Shown here: piece after piece, positions 53,691-64,000 of the stretch
How the letters are laid out: every line of letters begins with the position of its first letter
Position numbering within the stretch: the stretch's first letter is position 1
DNA from: Pecten maximus
Lineage: Eukaryota
Assembly: GCF_902652985.1 (NCBI RefSeq)
Contig: NC_047020.1
Location: 15,748,001 to 15,812,000, forward strand
Length of the DNA stretch: 64,000 nucleotides
Direction: 5' to 3'
Program-made: the position numbers and the translations under genes
The notes under the pieces: generated by a model
The model's input: the letters and a program-made list of their open reading frames with translations, nothing else
The model's database searches: none
Told to the model about the DNA's origin: nothing

Positions 53691-56279
53691 TTATCCAATT
53701 AAATATCGTCTTCCAAATAACTGGCATTTCTTTTCAAAACTCTGTGACTCAATAGGCTTGTTTGTTTCGTAGAATGGATTCATGGAATGCTACAAAACGG
53801 AACACAAAACATCATTAAAAACAGAATTTTAAACAGTGACAATATTATTTTTTCTGATATTATTTTCTTTGTGCTGAATATTTTTGAGATAACAAGCCTC
53901 ATATCAGTTGTCCATTACAGGAATCATAACTGAAAAGTCAACTTCACACCTTGATTTTGATCTACTTACATTATGTATAACCCTTTCTGGTGAGCTTTAA
54001 CTTAAGATCAGTAATACATGTTGAATACAAAGAAAAGTTTTGAAATAGTATCAATATTATTTATATATTTATTTCAAAATGGCCAATATCCTTTGTACAA
54101 AACTGACCTTAGTAATGAAAGCCACATTCAAAACTTTTCAACAATATATCAAAATGCAGACAATCAACATACCTGTTAACTTTTCAAATTTGAAATGGAG
54201 AATTTTGTAGTCAATATTTGGTTGACAACAATAACATCCATACCAACAGCATTTTTCTTTATTTTTACCTACCTTGATGTAAATTTCATACATTTCTGTA
54301 AAGAAATTTCGAATTCCATCTTCATTTTTCATATCATGCAACATCATAAACCTCATGCCTGATTTTAATCAAGGAACAAAATGAAATGTATTTTTAAAGT
54401 GTTAAACTGACAATAGATATATCTACAAAGATACAATAATTCTGTAGAAAATAAGACGTTTCTATTTTATAATAATATTTTGTAATATACAATTATACAT
54501 GTATACTTTCTGAAATGTCACAACATGACTCACACCCCAATCCACCCTGTTTCCCATTATGCAACGTTTAGAGAAGTTTGGATGAAAACTGCTGGGAGAC
54601 TTGCCTGAACAAGACTTTGTCAACAAACATGTAGAATGGGCATACTGCCATAACAAGATTCAGATGGCAGTAATTTGCGACAAACCAGAGGCTAATATTT
54701 ACTTTACCAGTAATATGACTGCTGGACTAACAAGACATGTGCTATGATGTCTGGCGTCCAATAAAAGATATACCTAAATACTAAATTCAGGCGAAATCAG
54801 GCAATGTCTTCATTTCAACCAATTAGAGGCCACCATATAGAGTTGTCATGGCAATAAAAGCTACAAAGTGACTAAATCTGATCAAAACCTGACAATATTC
54901 AGATTCCAATCAAGCACAAGTCAAAATTGCGTTACCGTAGCAATAGTTTTGGAAATGCCTATATATCAAATTACCGGTATAGGCTTTGTTTATAGTTATA
55001 ACATTTGACCAAAGCTAATCAAATCTGTCAAATGACTGATGAGCTAATCATGGAGCTATTTAAAAAAACTTGTATACAGTGACCAGTTACCATGACAACC
55101 AAAATTTGTATCTTGATGTAACAAGAACAAAACTGCAGAAAAGAAACTTTGCTGTGTAATTGTTTAAGTTTAAATAGATAAAGCTTGAAAGCTATAATAA
55201 CATCTATTGAGCAACACGCCCTTAATTATCAATCAACAAAAGGATACGACTTGCTGTGACGAAAGCTGAGACAAACCATTCGTTAAATTTGTCTACAATC
55301 TTAAGGTACATGTTGTTTGTGGTCCACATCTGTTCATCCACAAGGTCTAGAGCTTCATGAGCCACAAACTGATTTAAGTGACGGTGATCATCTTTCTACA
55401 ACAAGCAATGCTCAGGATATAGGTAATACAACATAATTACTTAATTGACATTTTTGAGATAATCTTTTTATCCTTAACATTAGTGAGCTAATATTTTGAT
55501 TGATAAGAGACAGAAAAGAAAACATGTTGACAATGTCAACTAGCATATCCATTATTTTCTATAGCAAGATGACCATTAACAGGGCTATAGTCTGTATATG
55601 TATCACTTAGGGACTAGATTTCCTTAAATCTTGGTGGCAGCCAAAAATCTTCAATCTATCTATTAATACTTCATTAATTCTATTGGATATAAAAAGCTGC
55701 ACTCACATGCCCATCAATACAACACTGACTTTTCCTAGTGATGTTCAAATCAATTCACAATTAACCTCCCACCTGGGGGAGGGGGTTCACACCTTTCAAT
55801 TACTCAACAATGAGTTACATCTTTTTGAGTTGAAATTTCATCCATCTTTCAAACAGAGTAGACTTTCAAATTAAATGAATAATTTGATGGGTAGAAATAG
55901 GACTGCTGATGATGGACAGGGCACTATTACATATCAACCTTACAAAGCTCCTAACAGCAGGTGAGCTCAAAATGTTCATATTAGAATATTTCTGCTTAAT
56001 TAGGTCATACATAATTTTATAAATGATCCTAGCTATCAATTAATATTCAATGGACCTAGATGTACCTGTACAAACCAATATAAAGAGAGTGTTATTGTAA
56101 ACTGTCTGAATGTCCATGGTATCGGTGTATCATTAGAACCTATCACACCTGTTATGCTAGACTTATTTATCAAAAAAACAAACCTTTGGTTCATTGGCTC
56201 TGCTTTGAGGAACAAAATCCATTTCAAACACAGGGTTATCATGGTGACCAACAATCACAAAATAGTAGTTGCCTGCCAT
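53691..56279 (-). CDS. TRAPPC2: Trafficking protein particle complex subunit 2 (sedlin/Trs20), 142 aa; coding exons 56279-56184, 55395-55248, 54358-54273, 53789-53691
   Basis: Spliced product [142 protein letters not shown] matches sedlin throughout. Confidence 0.97.
54359..55247 (-). other. U12-type (minor spliceosome) GT-AG intron of TRAPPC2
   Basis: 5' splice site |GTATCCTTTT; branch sequence TTCCTTGAT (54376-54368) with its branch A 11 nt from the 3' end; no polypyrimidine tract between branch and AG. Confidence 0.93.
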
Positions 56280-57270
56280 GTCTGGCTTAATGCACTCAGG
56301 ATATATCTATATATCACGAAAAAATCCAGAGTCTAGGAGTCTGTGTTTGTCAACTGTAAACAGATAAGACAATAAATAATAAATGACTAATTTTTCATCG
56401 AAAGTCTATACTCATACATATTTAAATTACACAAACAATAACATCAAAAATACAACAAAACTTTGTAATACAATACAACGGGAAAAAGGCGAATAAAATT
56501 GGACGCTTGAGATTTTTTCTAAAAACAGATAATTGTCATGACATGGTAACAATTACACAGAACTGTTTCATGTTCTATGTCTGTACATGTGATTGTTTGT
56601 AATTTAGGCTCTCTTGTGTTTTGATAAAGGGTTAGAATGCCTCTAAAATTCAATAATTAAATTGTATCATTACATGACCAATTACAAATATATGTATAAT
56701 ATGTATACAGGATAAATATGTAATATATGCAGTTAGGCCTGCCTTCAGTTAAAGTAAATAAAACCAGGTAAGTTAAATAAGCCCTGATAAAAGGAAGGAG
56801 CAATGTAGCCAGAAGACCTGGACTATACAACAATTACTGCTGACACTTGATTAACGTATTCTGTCTATAGTGTTGCATTTCAAATTTTAATAGGACGGTG
56901 TAATGAAAAATACAACAAAAACAAGTGAAAATATCAAAAGTGTTATTCTCAAGCGAGTGAAAATATCACCTATATTTTCACCATAAAACCCTTTAGGCCT
57001 ATATTTCACTGCAAACATTGTTATAAAAGAGAGCTATACCCTCAAATATGAGAGCATTTAAAATAAATTGTGACCAGAACATATATGTCGTGGCATGTGG
57101 CTGAAATCAGTGATTACAGTGTATAATATATGCATATAATCTCAAATATATTATATTAAATTTAATCATATGATAGAGAGAAAGTCTATAAAATTATAAT
57201 ATTTGTGCGTAATTGAACTGGATATAGTCTATAGGTGACAATTCATACAGGCAGCCACTTTAGTGTTCAG

Positions 57271-57398
57271 CCATGAGCACTTGTATCTGGTTATTAACAC
57301 TAGAATTAAAATTATCCTCGATATGTAGTCTATAGCAAATATCGAGGGTAATTTTTAACTCTGGTGTTAGGGTAATGGCCAGATACAAGTGCCTATGG
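57271..57398. repeat. Imperfect ~128-bp inverted repeat in the presumed TRAPPC2 5' UTR intron
   Basis: GCACTTGTATCTGG...TTATCCTCGATAT / ATATCGAGGGTAA...CCAGATACAAGTGC. Confidence 0.8.
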
Positions 57399-58084
57399 TT
57401 CAGCCACAGGGGCATGTCTAGTCTTATATGAAAACTAGCGAGAAATACCTAATATTATATTTAATAAGTAGGTATTTCTGGATTTTTAAAAAATATAATA
57501 CTAGACATGTCACTGTCACTGTGCCTGTGGTTCATGTGCAGATGCATTAATAACGCAAAAAGAGCCTCGTACTTAAACAGTTATATACTTGTGAATAACC
57601 CACACGTAACCATAACACATACAATATCTTTTCTGGCGTATTCAGTTCACATTGCACTTCTGTTTTCCCTGTATATTGTCGATTGTCAGATTGCTGGAAC
57701 TTTTGACAGGTGTTGTCTGAACCGCTTTCATTTACCCGTTCCAACCAATTCTTCCATTTAAAACTGGCTATTTTAAATAGAGCACATCAGGATCGGGTAT
57801 CCTGATAATATTTACAAAAAGGTACAATTCATATGATTTTGTACTCAGTACATATAATGAGAGTTTTCATGTATCTTTTGACCGTAAAATATAACTATTT
57901 TAAAGTTTAAGTCGGTTTCTCCACATAAATGAAAAGCTCCTAGAAATAGGCTAGTTCGAGTAGAATGCAGGTATTAGTAAATGTTATATTCAACAGAATT
58001 ATGTATAGGTTTCACGTTTAAAATATTGATTTTGATAGTGATAAAAACTTAAATTTCATGGTGAATTATTGGTAAAAATGGATG

Positions 58085-58480
58085 TTAACCTGCAATGGTT
58101 TTGAATAATGGACTTTTTGGTTAGCACCGAACGCACCTTACATGTTGTTAGCCAATGAATGACGGTTTAACATTTAACGCGCGCGGAGGTTTGCAGGCAA
58201 CATACTCAATGAAAATAAACCCTTGATTTTAAGTTTAATAAACCGGGGTTTTGTTTTATATGGATTGTTGGTGCATTTCCTTACGCAATTATTTTGTTTG
58301 TTGTTTATATGTCCATTTCACTCTACTCAAACATTGTTTTGCGAAAAAGTACTGAAAATGGAAATTCCATAGATTAATACGCGGCGTCAAAATGGCCGCT
58401 GTGGAATGTGTTTAGAGAACGCTGACACTTTGCAGACGAGCCAGAAATCAAAGGTTTTCAGCTATATCGATAACCGGTAG
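58085..58480. promoter_or_regulatory. Putative bidirectional promoter and first non-coding exons of TRAPPC2 (-) and PCM1 (+)
   Basis: CpG-rich patch (ACGCGCGCGG, ACGCGGCGTC); CCAAT near 58152; YY1/TISU-like CAAAATGGCCGC at 58388-58399; DRE TATCGATA at 58465-58472; plus-strand donor CG|GTAGA at 58476/7; minus-strand donor AG|GTTAA at 58090/89. Exon assignments are inferred. Confidence 0.62.
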
Positions 58481-58830
58481 ATTTCTAAATTGTCTTGTCA
58501 CATTTTTTTGCAGAGAAATAACATTCCCGTGTGTGTGTTGCATGATTGTGTCATGTTGCAAATTAGAAAAAGTTTCGAGTTTGTGCTCTGACAAAACACA
58601 TTCTGGTCTGAAAATGTGAAACTAAGGGACAATCAAGCTGTCAGTGATTGCTTTAATTTCTGTATTTTTTGGCATCGCAAGTCTTTTTATCACATTTTAA
58701 TATATATGTGTAAGTTATTGAAATGACAGCACTCCAACGTCTGATTGTCATTGCTGTTAATTACTTTTATATCCAGTCCCTTCCAAATTTGCCGGTCACT
58801 TGTATCTGATCCGATGTGTTCTCCTAAGTG

Positions 58831-58987
58831 CAGGGTTCACACTGGACCCAAAATGCATGGGCCGCCCATTTTGACAAGATTTCAGAAATCGTATGGGCCA
58901 AAACATAGATAATTGAAGAAATTTGTGAGCTTTGGTGGGCCATTTTGGAAAATAAGGGGGAAATGGCCCCATCCAGAGTTATCCCTG
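58831..58987. mobile_element. MITE (157 bp), degenerate CAGGG TIR, 6-bp TSD TAAGTG
   Basis: CAGGGTTCACACTGG ... CCAGAGTTATCCCTG; TAAGTG at 58825-58830 and 58988-58993. Confidence 0.72.
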
Positions 58988-59344
58988 TAAGTGCCTACGC
59001 TAGGCCTTCTGTAAACACTCAAAATGTAACTCATCGACATCAACAGGACTTAAAAAAATAAATTCCATAAACTTTAGAATAATGTTTCCCACTATCAACT
59101 TAAAATTACCAAGATCCTGCCATATTATATGTTGGGCATAAATTTCTATCCTATGATAAGTAAATCACTGAAATACATGCAGATGATTTATTATATATGC
59201 CTGAAAATCACTAATTTCAAAGGCTTGATTTCATCTCAGTAATGCAGGAGTGTCTTGCATTTGTAAAACTGTCTCGCAGACTCAGGGAAACTCACAACCT
59301 TTATACTGATATCAGTTGCTTTTAAGATGAACAGATAGCTTATA

Positions 59345-59590
59345 TTATTAGTCGGTTAAAGTGTTGGTCTCTTTGGATTCAAGTTGGCTATATAACCTCG
59401 GGTAAAATCTAACTGGTCTGTGCTGTTGTAGTTGTGTCTTTGGGCAAGACAATCATATTGCTTTGGCATGCAATAGGTCTCCTGCGTGTTCATTGAGGAA
59501 GCCATGGCCACCAGCTATTACAGTACAAGGAGACCCAGTCTCAAAATCACCTTTTCATGAGGAGAAACATTAACCTTAATGAAAACAACA
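59345..59590 (+). mobile_element. Diverged partial CORE-like SINE
   Basis: AACTGGTCTGTGCTG..GTGTCTTTGGGCAAGACA and ACAAGGAGACCC segments are shared with the 7201 and 23848 copies. Confidence 0.55.
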
Positions 59591-59963
59591 GAGAATGTAA
59601 ATGTAATTCTAACTCAAAATCCATCAAATGAGTTTAGATTATGAACAAAGATTATGAATTTGCAGTTTGCACAAAGATCCTTGAAAAAGTAAAAGGAGAA
59701 TGTAAAAAATTGGCAAGGATTGACATGTCTCTATGATTTCAGTAGTTGTGGCTTGAACATTAAAACTCACTGATATTTATTTCCAACTTCTAAATTTCAT
59801 AAATTTACCCAACTAGACCAGCAGAAAATTGTCAAATATCATTTGATAGATTTGCATTCCTTATAAATGTACATTGGTAAATAAATATTTTGAAGGTCGG
59901 AAAAAGATGTCTACCCATGTGTAAAATAAACTATATTACTATCATACTATGTTAATGTACACA

Positions 59964-60842
59964 TAGTCAAGACCGCCTGTCTATAACGACCGATTTTAAG
60001 ATTCCCCGTGATATTTTACTATATAACGACCCTTTGTATAGCGACCACCTGTCTAATGTGACTAACGACCGGTGATTTTGGAACGGTGGTCGCTCATTTG
60101 TTTTCCATAGCGACCGATCTCTGTCGGCCATCTTCTGCTCTCAGCAGTAATCCTTCATAAAATCTCCGGAAAATTCAGACACATCGACCCTGGCATGATT
60201 GTATAAACAAAAGACCCCAACAACCCTGGCCTGATTATATAAACAAAGACCTCTACCACCTGTTAGCCTATAATTACTGTCACTGCCCTGGCCTGGAGCT
60301 TGGAGGAGTGGGGTCACCATGCGTGTCGCCTGTCAACACTAATAATGAGTCGTAAACTGCCACAAATACCGTATCCGAATTTCAATTTGAGTCGGAAAAA
60401 AAAATCTTTTGGTTTTAAGAAATTAGTTTATGTCACAAAAATAATTAGTAGTAACACAAACATAATTCATCAGTTTTTGTGTATTTCTTTGCTGTTATTA
60501 AAGAAAGAAAGGGAGATAATTTAATAAATACATTTAGTAATATTTCAGAATTTTTTTTTTTTAAATACTTTGGTATCTATTAGACCATTTTGAGTTGTTT
60601 TGTCTTGGACTCAACAAAATCACATTTTATTCATGGATTTTTAATGGAAAAGTCTTTTTAATAAAGATTAACCCTTCAGATTTATAAAAAAAATATATAA
60701 TAATTTTCAATTACAAGTTATCTATGACAATTTCACGTAAACTAGTTAGTGGGATAATTTTGACCTGTCTATAAAGACAACCTGTCTTTAGTTACCGTTT
60801 TTCTGACTCCCCTTGGGCAGTCTTTATAGACAGGTTTGACTA
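59964..60842. mobile_element. Non-autonomous Tc1/mariner-pogo-type element
   Basis: Imperfect TIRs TAGTCAA..CCTGTCTATAACGAC / GTCTTTATAGACAGGTTTGACTA followed by TA; subterminal GACC(A)CCTGTCT repeats. Confidence 0.6.
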
Positions 60843-61516
60843 TAATTAGATTTAGTAAGTTTTTGTACACCATCAAATTTGACAAGTATTGTGGTATGAT
60901 GTCGTCTGTCTGTCTGTCCCTCCGTCTATCTGGAAAAAACTTTGTCCAGCGATCGCTTCCTACATTTTTTGACGAATCTCTTTGAAACTAGGTAGGCTTT
61001 ATAATCTTTTATAATCTTGATATGTTGTTGTTTCCCCAAAAAGAATTTTGATTCAACCATTTTGCAAAAGTTACTGACCTTTGTTTATTTCAGTATTTGA
61101 TTATTGTTTGGAGATATCCTGCATTTTTTTTTATTGATCTCTTTGAAACTTGGATGTTATAATCATATGAAGTTGTGTTTGGTTGAAAAGAATTTTGAAT
61201 CAATTATTTTTCCAAAGTTATTGCCATTTGTTCATTTCGGTATTTGATTTTTGTTCAGAGAAAATCACATTTCTTTGAAACTGGGAAAGCATTATTATAG
61301 CTATAGTCATTATATGGGTGTATATTGTTCTGCGCGGCAGTATTCTTGTTTTATATTAGGGCTGTTCACAATCGATGATAGGCGCTTGGAATCTATTGTC
61401 TGACATGTATATTTAGCTACAATATTAAATTTGTTTTCCTAATTCCATTAATATCAAATCAATTCTCTTTTTATATAGTAATCAAATTTTGCTCTTTGCT
61501 TGTAGAATTTTCAAAC

Positions 61517-63771
61517 ATGGCAACTGGAGGCAGTCGCCAATTTATGAAATCTGCATCCACTGACCCAAAACCAAGAAAGGCATGGCAGAGGTCAACTAGT
61601 GCATCAGATAAGGATGACAACATCAGCATACACAGTATTCCAAATGATCTGAGACCTAACAATTGGGTAGGTTAATTAGATGTACGGTAGCTGAATTGTC
61701 TTTAATCACATGGGTATTATCATATGATTAAAGATTGTAACCTATGTTGAGACTGATAGGCTTTGAAATTTGTGTGTTTAACTTTCTGTTTCCTGATTGA
61801 TTATAATACCCTTTTCCTACCAGTAGTTGACTACATTGTTTTTTAGTCTTTATTTGCATAAAAAAATAATAATAATAATAATGAAATGCAGAGAATTTTT
61901 CCTGTACAACTAACAGTAAATGGACCAAACATATTAATTGAATTTAACAACCAAGCAAAAAAAAAAAAAAAATGAAAACAAACTTGCTGACTTACCCTGT
62001 GTGCTGAAACCTGAAATTGGGACCAAACGATACCAAAGCTTACTATATATTTTAAGATCCACTGGTAGATGTTGTATCAAGGCTGGTAAAAATAAAAACC
62101 GTAATTTACTATCAAAATAAAGGCAGTGCTACCCATATTTTCCAAAATCTGTATGTTAGCTTTTTGTCATCATTCATATCATTTTCATACGCAAATGTAC
62201 ATTTACTGATACATGTACAGACTTCAAAATGTAACAATCAGTCATCACTATTTCTATCAGTAGTGTTCCTTTCATTTTTACTAACAATTTTTAGTTGCAG
62301 TTTAGTACTTTTAGCTATATGTTTTGTTTGTTTAAATAGTGTTTACTTAGATGGGCATACAGAGTATAGGAATATGGTACATTTCCACCCGTCTATTTAC
62401 GCCCGTTATGAGAAAATTTCCAAAAAGTTTCTGCTATAAGAACACTTAATACGGTAATACTGCTCTATTGTTCTCAAAAAGGCAAGGGGAAATGATTATG
62501 GAATTGATAGCCTGTTTAATTTGTCATCAAGTGAAAAAAAATTACAAGACATCTTGTGAACTGTGAAATATTTCAAGATAATCTAAAAACCAATACAGTA
62601 ATTCATACTTACTTTATAAAGCCTTTCCTTGTTATTATTTAACTAACACCAGTATCCAGTTGGATTTTAATTCTGGTACATGCATGTAAATCTATAGTAA
62701 TAAGTACCTATAGTAGTGAACTAGATTGTTTGATGTGGTTTCATTTGGTTATTTTTGTTTAGTAATCATTAACAACTTTTCTGTGACTTTGGTTTTATCC
62801 TGCCCGTAAACACACAATATAACATTGAAAATCTGAAAATTAAAGATTTAATATAAACAACATATTCGGAAAGACTCTTTTTAGCATTCATGCATTTCAC
62901 CAGCCCAAGCAGTAGCTAAATATTTGATAGTTCCGGACATCAGGCTAGTGGATTTTTACGCCCTTGATGTTGCTCCTGACTACTTATGTTCAAACAGGCC
63001 AGGGCTTGTTGGGATAATGTTGCATGCAGAAAGAAAAAGAAGGATCATAAAAAAACAAAGCAGACATCATTGAGGACCCATTAATATGTATTATAAAGTA
63101 ATGCTTAAAGGGTAAAAAATACTGTCACCTGATTCATGTCAACTTTCATCATGAGTTGCCCATCCACATTTATCTAATGTCTATCATTTAATTGAGAACA
63201 GCAGACAAAGGCATTGAACACAGTACTTATCATATTTATTTTACAGTTTGTAGTTAACTTTTTTACAATGTGGCAGAAAGTTGCTGTCAGATCTTAATGA
63301 ACAGAAGATAAAGCCAAGTATGATATATAACAAGTTAAGATCTTGTAACTACAGTCATTAAATTGCCTAAAGGTTTCCATATGGTCATCTATTAGTCCTG
63401 ATTTCTCTGTTAATATTCATCTTTAATGTTTTTTCTTTTGATATAGATCACTATTTTCTAATTAACACTAATCTGGTTTGATTTATTGGTGTGAAGTTTT
63501 TCATTACTTTTACCTGGTTCTGTCTAACCTGTAGGATTTTTCTGGCTGGAAACCTAACCCTGGTATAGATAATACTAAGCGTCGGAAGAAAGGCAATCCG
63601 GAAAGAGAGAGAGAACAGTCCCTATCATTGGACTCTCCGCCCCCATCTGAACGTCAGCAGCGCACCCCTTCAACCTTTCCTCGCACTCGCATAACCCCAA
63701 GTACACCCACCTCTCAAAGAGTTGCGCTAGAAAAACTTCGCCAGCACATGACATTTAGTGATTTAGAGGAT
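61517..63771 (+). CDS. PCM1: Pericentriolar material 1-like protein (centriolar satellite scaffold), 5' part only: coding exons 61517-61666 and 63535-63771; continues beyond the window
   Basis: Phase-0 GT-AG junction. Product MATGGSRQF...DLRPNNW|DFSGW...RRKKG...SLDSPPPSERQQRTPSTFPRTR...QRVALEKLRQHMTFSDLED parallels the vertebrate PCM1 N-terminus (MATGG...NNMDW...TPHTFPHSR...ELEKLKQRINFSDLD). Recognised from memory of the family. Confidence 0.8.
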
Positions 63772-64000
63772 GTAAGCATATATATTACTGCTTCAAACTT
63801 CACATTTATACATGGTTGTGTGTAAGTGGTAGATCAAACTCCCTCTTATTTAAAATTTCCGTTGTAGAATATCATTTAGTATAATACTGGGTTGTTTTCT
63901 TTGTTTATAGACAAAATATCATTTCTCATTTTGATTTCATTATTAACTCTTGAGAAAATTTCACCTACTCAAGGATCCAGTCTGATTGTAATGAGATAGA

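Noticed and set aside
62279-62380. Perfect TACTAAC branch-like motif followed by several AGs in the PCM1 intron, possible cassette exon
   Set aside because: The candidate exons I tested to the nearby donor-like site (26 and 37 nt) break the frame; not supportable without RNA-seq.

Overview
This is eukaryotic, AT-rich, intron-rich animal DNA. The repeat content points to a bivalve mollusc, probably a scallop (inference). Five spliced genes can be rebuilt exon by exon: VPS36 (+, 13 coding exons, 382 aa), GSTCD (-, 13 coding exons, 686 aa), the BMP-pathway R-Smad SMAD1/5/8 (+, 5 coding exons, with a 1-nt frameshift in the linker as assembled), TRAPPC2/sedlin (-, 4 coding exons, 142 aa, one U12-type GT-AG intron) and the 5' part of a PCM1-like gene (+, runs off the window). 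GSTCD/SMAD1 and TRAPPC2/PCM1 are head-to-head pairs; VPS36/GSTCD and SMAD1/TRAPPC2 are tail-to-tail. Introns carry non-autonomous Helentron/HINE-type elements with internal satellite arrays (some nested), tRNA-derived SINEs of three core types that share one 3' tail, small CAG...CTG MITEs with 5-6 bp TSDs, minisatellites and long hairpins. The main leads are: (1) a pseudoknot-capable module fused 5' of a promoter-decayed SINE inside the same TSD, a candidate ribozyme or promoter cassette; (2) the SMAD1 frameshift and a G-to-S change in MH2; (3) a U12 intron subtype switch; (4) TRAPPC2 paired with a different centriolar-satellite gene than in humans; (5) repeated echo duplications seeded at exon 3' ends. 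Everything was read by eye and no database searches were run.
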